From Solirubrobacteraceae bacterium (GTDB lineage Bacteria; Actinomycetota; Thermoleophilia; Solirubrobacterales; Solirubrobacteraceae), in contig JBAQGH010000072.1 in NCBI GenBank assembly GCA_049287685.1, forward strand, positions 2,821 to 66,820: a stretch of DNA of 64,000 bases, read 5' to 3'. A program made the position numbers and the translations under genes. The notes under the pieces are model-generated. The model did not search any database. It saw nothing but the letters and a program-made list of their open reading frames with translations, and was not told the origin of the DNA. How positions within the stretch are numbered: position 1 is the stretch's first letter; the number at the start of each line of letters is the position of its first letter. Below, piece by piece: positions 8,021 through 19,125 of this stretch.

Positions 8021-9082
8021 ATGGACGGTATCGACTGGAACGTGGCGCAGCGCGTCGGCGAGATGCTCGCCGGGGGCACGGGTGAGTGGGCATCTCAATC
8101 ACGCTCGGGCGCCGAGGGAGTGCAGTCGCTGGCCGAGCGGTTTGCCGCACGCGTGGGCGACTACACCGGCCTGCAACCCCCAGAGCATCTGCCGACACTG
8201 GAGCTAATCGACCGTCCCCGCTGGATCGAAGCCAACATCGCGACGATGCGCCCGCTGCTGGACCCGCTGACAAAGCGGCTCGGCAACGGCACGGGCCCGC
8301 TCGCGCCGGCGATGCGCTCGATCACCCAACTCTTGCTGGGCGCACAGGTGGGCGCGATCACCGGCATCCTCTCCCAGCGCGTGCTCGGCCAGTACGACAT
8401 CGCGCTGCTTGACCCAGAGCAGCCCCCGCGGCTCTTGCTGCTGGCGCCGAACCTCGCTCAGGCTGCCCGCAACCTGGCCCTCGACCGCGAGGAGTTCACC
8501 GCTTGGGTCGCGATCCACGAGGTAACCCATGCTGTCCAGTTCGGCGGCGCCCCGTGGCTGCGCGACCACCTCGGCGGCATGCTGCGCGAGCTGATCGACG
8601 GCATGCAGGTCGGGGTCAAACTCGGCGCCATCGCAAAAGTCCCCGATCCCTCGGATCTGCGCGCGCTCGTAGGGCGACTACGCGGGGGCGAGCTGTTGCG
8701 TATCGGGCTGGGCGAGGATCGCTGGGCGCTGGTGGAGCGCATGCAGGCCACGATGTCGCTGATCGAGGGCCACGCCGAGCACGTGATGGACGCCGTCGGC
8801 GCTGAAGAGCTACCGACCATGGAGCGCATGCGCGTCGCGATGAACCGCCGCCGGCGCGAGCGCGGCTGGCCATGGCGCATCCTAGAGAAGCTCTTGGGCC
8901 TGGAGATGAAGATGCGCCAGTACGAGATCGGACGCTCGTTCTGCGACGAGGTCGTCGCGCAGGCCGGCCCGAGCGCACTGACGCTCGCCTGGAGCTCGGC
9001 CGAGATGCTCCCCAGCATGAGCGAGCTGGAGGATCCGTCGGCGTGGCTGACGCGAACACGCGTTCGGTTGCTACCAGGCTGA
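8021..9082 (+). CDS. zinc-dependent metalloprotease (DUF2342, F420-biosynthesis-associated hydrolase family)
   Basis: HExxH motif (IHEVTHAVQF) and overall DUF2342-like sequence. The ATG at 8021 (MDGIDWNVAQRVG) was chosen. Confidence 0.75.
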   Translation: MDGIDWNVAQRVGEMLAGGTGEWASQSRSGAEGVQSLAERFAARVGDYTGLQPPEHLPTLELIDRPRWIEANIATMRPLLDPLTKRLGNGTGPLAPAMRSITQLLLGAQVGAITGILSQRVLGQYDIALLDPEQPPRLLLLAPNLAQAARNLALDREEFTAWVAIHEVTHAVQFGGAPWLRDHLGGMLRELIDGMQVGVKLGAIAKVPDPSDLRALVGRLRGGELLRIGLGEDRWALVERMQATMSLIEGHAEHVMDAVGAEELPTMERMRVAMNRRRRERGWPWRILEKLLGLEMKMRQYEIGRSFCDEVVAQAGPSALTLAWSSAEMLPSMSELEDPSAWLTRTRVRLLPG

Positions 9083-9267
9083 GGGCCCTTCCCAGGCCTA
9101 GGGACGAGCATCTCGAAGTTTTCATAGCTTTTCTTTACAGCGTGTTCACGCCGACTTGAGATTGGCGTGTAACCATCCTTCTAGCATGGGTTAGGAACAT
9201 GTGTTCGGTGCTAAAGTCGTACCGACCAGAACAAGTGTGCCCCCCAAATCAGGAGAACCTCTCCCAA

Positions 9268-9735
9268 ATGGCAACAGTCCAGTCAACACCAGCAAGTAGC
9301 GCCAAGCCGCGCCGCTCCACCGCCCCCAAGAGCGCGAGAGCGAAGACCACAGCACGCGCAAGCACTTCCAGCGCCTCCAGCAAGCGCTCCACCACCGCCG
9401 TCAAGAACCCAACGGTCGGCTCCTACGCCGAGCGCGCCGTGCTGATCCCCGTCGGCGCCGCACTGATCGCGCGCGAACAGGTGCTCGCGCGCGTCAACGA
9501 CACGATCGAGAGCTATGCCAGCCCGGCAAAGGCAAATGCGCAGCTGCGCAAGTTCGAGCGCCGCGGCAACACAGCTCGCAACCGCTTCGAGCGCGAGGTG
9601 CGCAAGACGCGCGTCCGCGTCGAACGCGAGGTGCGCCAGACGCGTGCCAGCGTGGAGCGCGAGGCACGTCGTGTCCAACGCGAGGGCGAAGATCTGGCCA
9701 ACAAGGTGCAGGAGCGCATCCTCAACCTCGTATGA
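9268..9735 (+). CDS. basic, coiled-coil protein (HbhA-like/histone-like tail) with three 11-aa repeats
   Basis: An AGGAGA RBS precedes the ATG at 9268. The N-terminus is Lys/Arg/Ser-rich. The repeats are FEREVRKTRVR / VEREVRQTRAS / VEREARRVQRE. A strong terminator follows the gene. Confidence 0.65.
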   Translation: MATVQSTPASSAKPRRSTAPKSARAKTTARASTSSASSKRSTTAVKNPTVGSYAERAVLIPVGAALIAREQVLARVNDTIESYASPAKANAQLRKFERRGNTARNRFEREVRKTRVRVEREVRQTRASVEREARRVQREGEDLANKVQERILNLV

Positions 9736-9834
9736 GCACTACCCCCTTTCCCCGTCCCAGACCGGAGAGGCTGGAGACGAGAAGGCCTGCCGGCCTCATA
9801 TCCCGCCGGTAGTAGAAGCACCCTCTCCCCCCTC

Positions 9835-9876
9835 GCCGCCGGGCGGTCCCCCACCGCCCGGCGGCATTTTCTTTTT
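9835..9876 (+). terminator. rho-independent terminator
   Basis: 12-bp stem GCCGCCGGGCGG (9835-9846) / CCGCCCGGCGGC (9854-9865), 7-nt loop, then ATTTTCTTTTT. Confidence 0.8.
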
Positions 9877-9982
9877 GGCGCTGCCCAACCGTCCCGACGA
9901 CGGCCCACTAACCCGCCACGAGAAGCCGGTGCCGTATGGCGATCCTGGAAGACAACGCCGGTTTGGCAGAATACGAGCAGAC

Positions 9983-11140
9983 ATGAACCGCGATGAAGTC
10001 CTCAAGGCGCTGGAGGTCGTGATCGACCCGGAGCTGCGCCGCTCGATCGTCGAGCTTGAGATGGTGCGCTCGATCGACATCTCCGAGAACGGAGTAGTCG
10101 ACGTGACGGTCTCGCTGACCACGGCCGGCTGCCCGATCCGCGGCCACTTCCAGACCTCCGTCGCTGAGGCCGTCTCAGCGCTGGAGGGCGTCACGCACGT
10201 GAACGTCTACTTCGACGTGCTCAGCGACAGCGAGAAGTCAACCCTGCAGCAGAAGCTCGGGCGCGGCAGCCTCCCCGCCGGCTCCCTCGCCCAGGTCTCC
10301 AACGTGATTTGCATCGGCTCAGGCAAGGGTGGCGTCGGCAAGTCGACGCTGACCGCCAATCTGGCGGCAGCTCTAGTGGCGGACGGCAAGCGCGTGGGCA
10401 TCCTCGACGCCGACGTGTGGGGCTACTCGATCCCGCGCATGTACGGCCTCGGCGCGACCCGCCCGCCAGTCTCGCCACAGCGCAAGATCGTGCCGCTGGA
10501 GTCCCAGGGAGTGAGGATTATGTCGATCGGCTTCTTCCTGGAGGAGGACGCGGCCGTCGTGTGGCGCGGGCCGATGCTGCACAAGGCGCTTGGCCAGTTC
10601 CTGCAAGACGTCGAATGGGGCGTGCTCGATTACTTGCTGATCGACCTGCCGCCAGGCACCGGCGACGTCTCGATGACGCTCGCTCAGATGCTGCCGCAAG
10701 CACAGTTCGTGATCGTAACGACACCGCAAGCAACAGCCCAGAAGGTCGCACGCCGCTCGGCGGAGATGGCCAACAAGGTGTCGCTGGAGATCTGCGGCGT
10801 GATCGAGAACATGTCCGGCTTCACCACGCCAAGTGGCGAGCGCTATGCGATCTTCGGCGAGGGCGGCGGCAAGGAGCTGGCCGACGAGCTCGACGTGCCC
10901 TTGCTCGGCAAGGTGCCGCTGACGATGCCGCTGCGAGCACAGGCCGACAGCGGCCTGCCGCTGGTGATCGAGGACCCAGACGACCCGGCCTCGCAAGCGA
11001 TCCGCCAGGCAGCACGAGGCCTGATCGCTATGGCACCGATGGAGCTGCCAACACTGCCGCTGGTCGAAGTGCCGGCACCGAGCCCCCCGGCGGGCCCGGC
11101 GGGCCCGAAGCCCGCCGGTATGTCATTGCCGATGGCCTGA
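9983..11140 (+). CDS. mrp: Mrp/ApbC/NBP35-family Fe-S cluster carrier ATPase with an N-terminal DUF59/MIP18 domain
   Basis: MNRDEVLKALEVVIDPELRRSIVELEMV (DUF59), deviant Walker A GSGKGGVGKST, and a CxxC-like region. The long upstream ORF extension (from 9515) overlaps the preceding gene and terminator. Confidence 0.9.
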   Translation: MNRDEVLKALEVVIDPELRRSIVELEMVRSIDISENGVVDVTVSLTTAGCPIRGHFQTSVAEAVSALEGVTHVNVYFDVLSDSEKSTLQQKLGRGSLPAGSLAQVSNVICIGSGKGGVGKSTLTANLAAALVADGKRVGILDADVWGYSIPRMYGLGATRPPVSPQRKIVPLESQGVRIMSIGFFLEEDAAVVWRGPMLHKALGQFLQDVEWGVLDYLLIDLPPGTGDVSMTLAQMLPQAQFVIVTTPQATAQKVARRSAEMANKVSLEICGVIENMSGFTTPSGERYAIFGEGGGKELADELDVPLLGKVPLTMPLRAQADSGLPLVIEDPDDPASQAIRQAARGLIAMAPMELPTLPLVEVPAPSPPAGPAGPKPAGMSLPMA

Positions 11141-11249
11141 GAACGTCTCTCTCAAAACAAGCTGCACGTTCAGACCCCCCTTTTATGGGCAAGCCCATCT
11201 TTACGTCCACACCCCTTGACGGACGCTGGGATTGAAAGAAGTTCTGAGG

Positions 11250-11516
11250 CTACTTGGCGTTGGCGAAGTACTCCGCGTTGATCGACGCGAACTTCTGCCA
11301 CTCATCAGGCAGCTGATCCTCGGCAAAGCACGCATCCACGGGGCAAGCCTCGACACACGCGTCGCAGTCGATGCACTCCTCCGGATCGATGTAGAGCATC
11401 TCGGCCGCGTCGTAGCCGGGCTCGTCGGGCGTCGGGTGGATGCAATCCACGGGGCACACCTCGACGCAGGAATTGTCCTTCGTGCCAATGCACGGCTCAG
11501 CGATTACGTAGGCCAT
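11250..11516 (-). CDS. fdxA: 7Fe ferredoxin (FdxA type)
   Basis: MAYVIAEPCIGTKDNSCVEVCPVDCIHP...YIDPEECIDCDACVEACPVDA. Confidence 0.9.
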   Translation of the reverse strand: MAYVIAEPCIGTKDNSCVEVCPVDCIHPTPDEPGYDAAEMLYIDPEECIDCDACVEACPVDACFAEDQLPDEWQKFASINAEYFANAK

Positions 11517-11655
11517 TCGCTTCCTTCTCGATTCGTTGGTGGGGAACTGCAAAGTTGCGGGACGACGAATAGTAGCGAGGCCGCCCAGTCGCACACTAGG
11601 GATGAGTCACACAGGCGCCTGCCGGTTCCCCGGCACACTCCGATAGCTTTGGGCG

Positions 11656-12555
11656 ATGCTCCTGCTCACCGGTGCCACCGGACTCGTCGGCTCCGCCCTG
11701 TTGCGCCGCTTCGTCGTCGAAGGCCACCCCGTACGCTGCCTCGTACGCGACCCGCGCAGGCTCGGCCCGCAGCGCGTGCGCGTGCAGATCGCGCTCGGCG
11801 ACCTGACCGACCCGCCGTCGTTTCGCAACGCGATGCGGGGAGTCGATACGGTGGTGCACCTGGCAGCCTCCACGCGCGACCAGCCGCGCGGCTCGATCGA
11901 GGAGCTGGCGGCGATCGCGACCTGGAGGATGGTCGAGGCGGCCCAGCGCGCTGGGGTGCAACGCTTCGTGTTCTTCTCGACGCTCGGTGCCTCCACACAT
12001 CACCGCACCCGCCTGTTCCGGGCCAAGGCACTGGCAGAACAGGCCGTGCGCGAGTCGGACATGCACTCGACCGTGATCGCACCGTCGCTCGTTTATGCGC
12101 CAGGTGACCGCTGGCTGACGCTGATCGAACGCCTATCGCTGCTGCCGGTAGTGCCGATCTCAGGGCGCGGTCGCGCGGTCTGCCAGCCGATCTGGGCGGA
12201 GGACGTGGCGAGCTGCCTGGTTGCGGCACTGCGCAAGGGCGCAGACGGCAGGGCCACCGGCAACTCCGCCGCCCACAGACGTTACGAACTGGCCGGCCCG
12301 CAGACGATGACCTACAACGAGGTCATCGACACCGTCCTGTCTTCACTCGATCGTGAACGTCCGCTGCTGCCAATCCCCACGCCGATGGTCTCGCGCACGC
12401 TGCGGCTAGTCGAGCGAGCGATGCACACCAACGTACCGATCACATGGGACGAGGCCGAGCTACTGGAGGCGAACATGGTGGCCAAGGGCGGAACTGCCGA
12501 TGCGGAAGCGCTCGGCGTGACACCTGAGCCGATGACCGCAGTCTTGCGAAAATGA
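11656..12555 (+). CDS. NAD(P)H-binding SDR-family protein (NmrA/NDUFA9-like)
   Basis: N-terminal Rossmann motif LLLTGATGLVGSAL; 299 aa. Confidence 0.75.
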   Translation: MLLLTGATGLVGSALLRRFVVEGHPVRCLVRDPRRLGPQRVRVQIALGDLTDPPSFRNAMRGVDTVVHLAASTRDQPRGSIEELAAIATWRMVEAAQRAGVQRFVFFSTLGASTHHRTRLFRAKALAEQAVRESDMHSTVIAPSLVYAPGDRWLTLIERLSLLPVVPISGRGRAVCQPIWAEDVASCLVAALRKGADGRATGNSAAHRRYELAGPQTMTYNEVIDTVLSSLDRERPLLPIPTPMVSRTLRLVERAMHTNVPITWDEAELLEANMVAKGGTADAEALGVTPEPMTAVLRK

Positions 12556-12656
12556 ATTGCTTTGTCCGCAGTTGTGCTACGGTTTTGCTCGGGGTATCAG
12601 CTCGTTCGGGGTTGCTCCCCCTCGCCGCGATCCGTCCACGTGGCGGGTCGCGTTGT

Positions 12657-14099
12657 TTAAGAGACCGGCGCCCGGCGGCCCGCCCATGGCGCGACCGTCT
12701 CGACCTGCGACGCGAGCGCCAGCAGCGCAACCTCGCCGGCAGGCCTGCCCACAAGCTGCACGCCGAGCGGCAGTCCGTCGTGGCCTTCATAGAGCGGCAA
12801 CGAGATCCCCGGCTGGCCGCTTGCGTTGAAAACCGGGGTAAAAGGCGTGAACAGGCCCGAGCGCGTGAACGTCGCCATCGGGTCGGGCGCGGCTGTGTCG
12901 AGCGTGCCGATTGGCAGCGGGCGCTCGGCCAGTGCTGGAGTGAGCAGCGCGTCATAGGGAGCTAGGAACTCGACAAGCTGACGCGTGAGCGCCTGCAGCT
13001 GGATTTCCAGGCCAACCCCCTGCACCGAGTTGAAGCTCTCGGCCATCTTGAGGATCGCCCAGCTCATCGGCTCCATGTCCTCGGCCGTCGGCTCGTGCCC
13101 GGCAACCATGCCGGAGTAGACGATCTGCAGCGCGGTGTGGATCGAGAAGACCGCGCCGAACAGCTCCGAGAGGCCCTCGATGCGCCAGGGAGGATCGATC
13201 TCCTCGACCTCGTGCCCGAGCGAGCGCAGCAGCTCGGCCGCATCTGTGACCCCCTGCTCGCAGATCGGATCGACGACGGCGTCGGCGATCGGTGGGAATG
13301 TGGTTGCCGCGATCCGCAGCTTGCCGGACCGATCAGAGATCGGCCAGCGGCCGGCTGAGACCGCGAACGGCTCGGAGGGTGGCGGCGCCCAGGTGGCGTC
13401 GCCCAGCTCGTAGCCAGCGAGCACGTCGAGGATCGCGGCTGTGTCGCCGACCGTCCGGGTCAGCACGCCATCGACATCCAACGGCGCCTCGCCACGTTCG
13501 GGTGCCGCGGAGATGCGCCCGCGCGCGACCTTCAAGCCGACAAGCCCGCAGCAGGCGGCAGGGATGCGGATCGAGCCGCCGCCGTCGTTGCCGTGCGCGA
13601 CCGGCACCATGCCAGAGGCAACCGCCGCCGCGGCGCCGCCCGAGGAGCCACCCGGCGTGCGCTCGGTGTCCCAAGGATTGCGCGTGGGCCCAAACAGACG
13701 CGCCTCGCTTACCGGCAGGATGCCGTACTCGGGCAGCGTGGTCGTCCCCACGATTACGAACCCCGCGTCCTTGAAGCGGCGTGTGATGTTGCAGTCGTGG
13801 TCGGCCATGTGGTTGGCCAGCAGCGAGCAGCCAATCGTCGCCTTTAGACCAGCCACCGGACGATTGTTCTTGATCGCGATCGGCACACCCGCAAACGGAC
13901 GCCGATCGCCGGATTTGATCCGCTCGGCGGTCGCGAGCGCACGCTCGCCGTCGATCTCGACGAAGGCGTTCAGCCGGGGGTTGAGTTGCTCAATGCGCGC
14001 AAGGGAGATTTCCACAAGCTCACGTGAGGACACCTCCCCGGAGTGCACCATCGCGGCGAGCTCGGTTGCTGGACGGAACATCAGGTCACCGTCGGTCAC
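12657..14099 (-). CDS. amidase (amidase-signature family)
   Basis: GGSSGGAAAAVASG signature with upstream K and Ser-cisSer context; 480 aa. Confidence 0.85.
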   Translation of the reverse strand: MTDGDLMFRPATELAAMVHSGEVSSRELVEISLARIEQLNPRLNAFVEIDGERALATAERIKSGDRRPFAGVPIAIKNNRPVAGLKATIGCSLLANHMADHDCNITRRFKDAGFVIVGTTTLPEYGILPVSEARLFGPTRNPWDTERTPGGSSGGAAAAVASGMVPVAHGNDGGGSIRIPAACCGLVGLKVARGRISAAPERGEAPLDVDGVLTRTVGDTAAILDVLAGYELGDATWAPPPSEPFAVSAGRWPISDRSGKLRIAATTFPPIADAVVDPICEQGVTDAAELLRSLGHEVEEIDPPWRIEGLSELFGAVFSIHTALQIVYSGMVAGHEPTAEDMEPMSWAILKMAESFNSVQGVGLEIQLQALTRQLVEFLAPYDALLTPALAERPLPIGTLDTAAPDPMATFTRSGLFTPFTPVFNASGQPGISLPLYEGHDGLPLGVQLVGRPAGEVALLALASQVETVAPWAGRRAPVS

Positions 14100-14193
14100 T
14101 AGCTCCTCCTCAGATCGCTGGGTCGTTCATCATATGGGTGCGCCCACAAGGCGCCATTCCCGTCAAGCAGCCCAGCCCAGAAAGCAGAGCGCA

Positions 14194-15291
14194 ATGAGCG
14201 AGGTTCAAACACCACCTGAAGTTCAGTCAGGCCTGGAGGGCGTCGTCGCCTTCGCCACCGAGATCGCCGAGCCCGACCGGGCCGGCGGGTCGCTGCGCTA
14301 TCGCGGCGTGGACATCGAGGACCTGGTCGGCACGGTCCCCTACGAGCAGGTCTGGGGCCTGCTGGTCGACGGCCGCTTCAAGCCCGGCCTGCCCCCCGCC
14401 GAACCGCACGTCTTGACCGTGCGCTCGGGCGACCACCGCGTCGACGTGCAGTCGGCGCTCGCGATGCTCGCCCCGGAGTGGGGCTTCAACGCACTGATCG
14501 ACATCTCCGACGAGCAGGCACGCGACAACCTCGCTCGCGCGTCGGTGATGGCGCTCTCCTTCGTCGCGCAGTCCGCGCGCGACGCCGGCCAGCCGCCCGT
14601 GCCCCAGTCGGAGGTGGACAAGGGCCGCTCGATCCCCGAGCGCTTCCTGATCCGCTGGCGCGGAGAGGTCGACCCTGACCACACCAAGGCGATCGACGCC
14701 TATTGGATCTCTGCGGCCGAGCACGGCATGAACGCCTCGACTTTCACAGCTCGGGTGGTTGCATCAACCGGAGCAGACTGTGCCGCGGCGCTGTCCGCCG
14801 CTGTCGGCGCGCTCTCGGGTCCGCTGCACGGGGGCGCCCCATCGCGCGTGCTGAAGATGCTCGACGAAGTGGAACAGACCGGCGACGCCGAGGTATGGGT
14901 CAAGGCGGCGCTCGACCGCGGCGACCGCTTGATGGGCTTCGGCCACCGTGTCTATCGCGCCGAAGATCCACGTGCACGCGTTCTAAGGCGCACCTGCCGG
15001 GAACTGGGCTCGCCGCGCTTCGAGGCCGCCGAGGCGCTCGAGAAGGCAGCGCTTGCCGAGCTCATGGCCCGCAAGCCCGATCGAGTGCTCGCCACTAACG
15101 TCGAGTTCTGGTCGGCGGTAGTGCTCGACTTGGCCGAAGTGACGCCGGACCTGTTCACGCCGATGTTCACCTGCGCGAGGGTGGCTGGCTGGTCAGCTCA
15201 CATCCTCGAGCAGAAGCGCGAGGCCAAGCTGATCCGGCCGACCGCCAAGTACGTGGGCCATGGTCCACGGTCCGTCGCAGCCGTCGAATAG
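14194..15291 (+). CDS. citrate synthase / 2-methylcitrate synthase family (short ~365-aa type)
   Basis: MSEVQTPPEVQSGLEGVVAFATEI..., GPLHGGAP, GFGHRVY and SAHILEQ motifs. The track ORF from 13441 is an antisense extension over the amidase gene. Confidence 0.9.
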   Translation: MSEVQTPPEVQSGLEGVVAFATEIAEPDRAGGSLRYRGVDIEDLVGTVPYEQVWGLLVDGRFKPGLPPAEPHVLTVRSGDHRVDVQSALAMLAPEWGFNALIDISDEQARDNLARASVMALSFVAQSARDAGQPPVPQSEVDKGRSIPERFLIRWRGEVDPDHTKAIDAYWISAAEHGMNASTFTARVVASTGADCAAALSAAVGALSGPLHGGAPSRVLKMLDEVEQTGDAEVWVKAALDRGDRLMGFGHRVYRAEDPRARVLRRTCRELGSPRFEAAEALEKAALAELMARKPDRVLATNVEFWSAVVLDLAEVTPDLFTPMFTCARVAGWSAHILEQKREAKLIRPTAKYVGHGPRSVAAVE

Positions 15292-15304
15292 GTGCTTAAA
15301 AGAC

Positions 15305-15379
15305 GAGGGCCCAGCATCCTGCCGGGCCCTCTGACTGCCTATCGACCGAATGCGCGTGCGGCTGGAGCGCCGCACGCGC
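15305..15379. terminator. two hairpins between the convergent citrate synthase and groEL genes
   Basis: GAGGGCCC (15305-12) / GGGCCCTC (15324-31), and an 11-bp stem GCGCGTGCGGC (15352-62) / GCCGCACGCGC (15369-79). There is no clear U-tract. Confidence 0.45.
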
Positions 15380-15393
15380 CGATATCGGTCTGA

Positions 15394-17055
<1,662 letters not shown>

Positions 17056-17343
17056 TTATGCGACCTTGGCGAGAACGTCGGACTCGCGCAGCACGAGCAG
17101 CTCCTCACCGTCGAGTTTGATCTCGGTGCCGCCGTACTTGCTGTAGAGGACCTCATCGCCCTCGGACACGTCGAGCGGGATGCGCTTGCCGGCATCGTCG
17201 AGCTTGCCGTCGCCGACGGCGAGGACCTTGCCCTTCTGCGGCTTCTCCTTGGCTGTATCGGGAAGGACGAGACCGCTGGCGGTCTTCTCCTCCTCCTCGA
17301 TGGCCCGTACGATCAGACGATCGCCCAGGGGCTTGAGTTTCAT
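17056..17343 (-). CDS. groS: co-chaperonin GroES
   Basis: [44 protein letters not shown]; 95 aa, 15 nt upstream of groEL. Confidence 0.97.
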   Translation of the reverse strand: MKLKPLGDRLIVRAIEEEEKTASGLVLPDTAKEKPQKGKVLAVGDGKLDDAGKRIPLDVSEGDEVLYSKYGGTEIKLDGEELLVLRESDVLAKVA

Positions 17344-17416
17344 GCTGAAAACCTCCGTTTAGAATGTGCTTCCTGGTCGGTGCCGTCCCTAGAGGCAACG
17401 ACACCCAACGACCTGC

Positions 17417-17443
17417 TTGGCACTCTCGCTACGAGAGTGCCAA
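17417..17443 (-). promoter_or_regulatory. CIRCE-like HrcA operator (proximal)
   Basis: TTGGCACTC-N9-GAGTGCCAA, 74 nt upstream of the groES start. Confidence 0.8.
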
Positions 17444-17489
17444 CGGTCACGGTCAATATATAGAAGAGATTGCGCTCGTCAAGGTTTGC

Positions 17490-17515
17490 TTGGCACTCTC
17501 AAGCTCGAGTGCCAA
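17490..17515 (-). promoter_or_regulatory. CIRCE-like HrcA operator (distal)
   Basis: TTGGCACTC-N8-GAGTGCCAA; a second copy 73 nt from the first. Confidence 0.7.
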
Positions 17516-17534
17516 GCAAATTGCAGCTTCTGCC

Positions 17535-18602
17535 TTAGGTTCCTGCTCCTATCGGCATCTGTGCTTCCACCAGTCGCTCGACTTCGGTCCCCTTCTTCGT
17601 GAGCAGCCAAGCGTTGGGGGCACCGCGAACCAGGCCAACGCCACTGTTGTAGACGAGCCCGAGCTTCTCCAGACGAGCAAGAAGCTTCGATATCTGGCCT
17701 TGATCGTCAATCCCCGAGGCCGCCCCAACCTGCCTGTTGGATGTGCCCGGGTCGGCGGCGATCGCGAGCAGCACACGTACCGTTCGGTAGGTCAAGCGCA
17801 TCCCCAAATCGCGCAAGGGATCTCCGCTCACGCCACTGGGCGGAGACCTGCGCCTGGGTGTCGGGCGCGCCGCCTCCTTGGCGGCGGCCGCAGGGCCAAG
17901 GTACGGGAGCACGATCATCGCCATCAGCGCACCCGTCAGCTCGAGCAGGGAGTCGTCCCGCTCGCCGGTGCGCCCAGGACCCTTCACACGCCCTGTGCTC
18001 TTTGCGCGCGCAGCGCCGCGACCACTTCCCGGATGGGGGATGAGGCGGGTATGCAGAACCGACAGCACGCCCCCCACCACCCCTTCGCTGGTTAGCGGTG
18101 GCAGCGCCTCCGCGGACCTCGATTGCTTGCGTCCTTCGTCCACCGCGGCGACCACGACATTCAGGACCGCCAGGCGCCGCTCGTGCACCCTGAGGCCGGC
18201 GCCGAGCGTCTCCGCGATGCACAGACGCGCCATCGCCGGCTTGTCGTCGAGAAATTCCAGCACCCCGGCCAAGGCGGCCCTGATCCGCGTACGCCACCTC
18301 TCCGACGGCTCATAGACATCGAGCACGTATCGCGAGATCTCCGCGAGCGACTGGTCGAGCGCCGCCAGAAAGCAGTCTTCGAAGTCGTCGAAGACCTCAT
18401 AGAAGGTGCGCCGCGATACGCCCGAGCGCGCCACCACATGTGCCACCGTCGCATTCGCACGACCGCGCTCGGAGACGACGTCGATCATCGCCGCGATCAT
18501 CCGAGCCCGCTGAATATCGGCTACGTGGCCACGCCCAAACCCATCGCGCTCGACAGCGCGAGCACGGCTCTTCAGGCCGGCAGTTTGTCGCTTGGCAGGC
18601 AT
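17535..18602 (-). CDS. transcriptional regulator: an N-terminal TetR-family HTH and ligand domain fused to a C-terminal MarR/ArsR-like winged helix
   Basis: TetR HTH (ATVAHVVARSGVSRRTFYEVFDDFEDCFLAAL). The C-terminus reads RVLLAIAADPGTSNRQVGAASGIDDQGQISKLLARLEKLGLV. Confidence 0.75.
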   Translation of the reverse strand: MPAKRQTAGLKSRARAVERDGFGRGHVADIQRARMIAAMIDVVSERGRANATVAHVVARSGVSRRTFYEVFDDFEDCFLAALDQSLAEISRYVLDVYEPSERWRTRIRAALAGVLEFLDDKPAMARLCIAETLGAGLRVHERRLAVLNVVVAAVDEGRKQSRSAEALPPLTSEGVVGGVLSVLHTRLIPHPGSGRGAARAKSTGRVKGPGRTGERDDSLLELTGALMAMIVLPYLGPAAAAKEAARPTPRRRSPPSGVSGDPLRDLGMRLTYRTVRVLLAIAADPGTSNRQVGAASGIDDQGQISKLLARLEKLGLVYNSGVGLVRGAPNAWLLTKKGTEVERLVEAQMPIGAGT

Positions 18603-18699
18603 AGCTTGGCACCGACAATCCTCCGCCTAACGCGAACCGGTTTCACCCTCTGTTTCCCACTGGCGGGATTTGGCGCCCGGTGCCAGGGCGCTCGCCCAC

Positions 18700-19125
18700 T
18701 TAGTTCTGCGCGCCGCCGAAGCCCTTCATCGCTTCGGTCATGGCTGTCGGCGTATCCAGTATCTGGGAGAAACGCACGACCGTGACGATGTCCTCCGTGG
18801 ACACCGAGCGTCCGTAGATCTGCTCGAGGAAGTTGATCAGCTCCTCGTGGCGGCGGAACTCAGGGTTGTCGTGCTTGATGTCGCGCGGAGAGAGCTCGGA
18901 AACCCTCATCACCTCGACCTGGTCTATCACCGCTTCGAAAATCCGCTGGCGAGGCGAGTACTGGTAGCCGATCGTCACGAGCACCGCCTGGTTCTTGCGG
19001 TACTTGCCCGACTTGTCGCCGAGCCTGATCGTAGCCGTCTTGCGACCCTTCTTCAGCTCGTCGGCGAAGATCGTCGAGTAGAAATTGAGTACCTGCACGA
19101 CGCGCAGGCTATCGGTCTTGCTCAC
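18700..19125 (-). CDS. ASCH-domain protein
   Basis: KKGRKTATIRLGDKSGKYRKNQAVLV... is ASCH-like; 141 aa. It overlaps the upstream NUDIX gene by 17 nt. Confidence 0.6.
   Translation of the reverse strand: MSKTDSLRVVQVLNFYSTIFADELKKGRKTATIRLGDKSGKYRKNQAVLVTIGYQYSPRQRIFEAVIDQVEVMRVSELSPRDIKHDNPEFRRHEELINFLEQIYGRSVSTEDIVTVVRFSQILDTPTAMTEAMKGFGGAQN

Noticed and set aside
7857-8273. N-terminal extension of the 693-aa nuclease ORF
   Set aside because: This part is antisense to the DUF2342 metalloprotease gene and reads as nonsense (…SAGPAAGASSRCWLRSSGDGRL…). No helicase motifs are recoverable from it in any minus-strand frame I inspected.
9515-9982. 5' extension of the Mrp ORF (and likewise 13441-14193 for citrate synthase)
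   Set aside because: The extensions overlap the preceding gene or terminator, or lie antisense to the amidase gene. Conserved N-termini begin at the internal ATGs (9983 and 14194).
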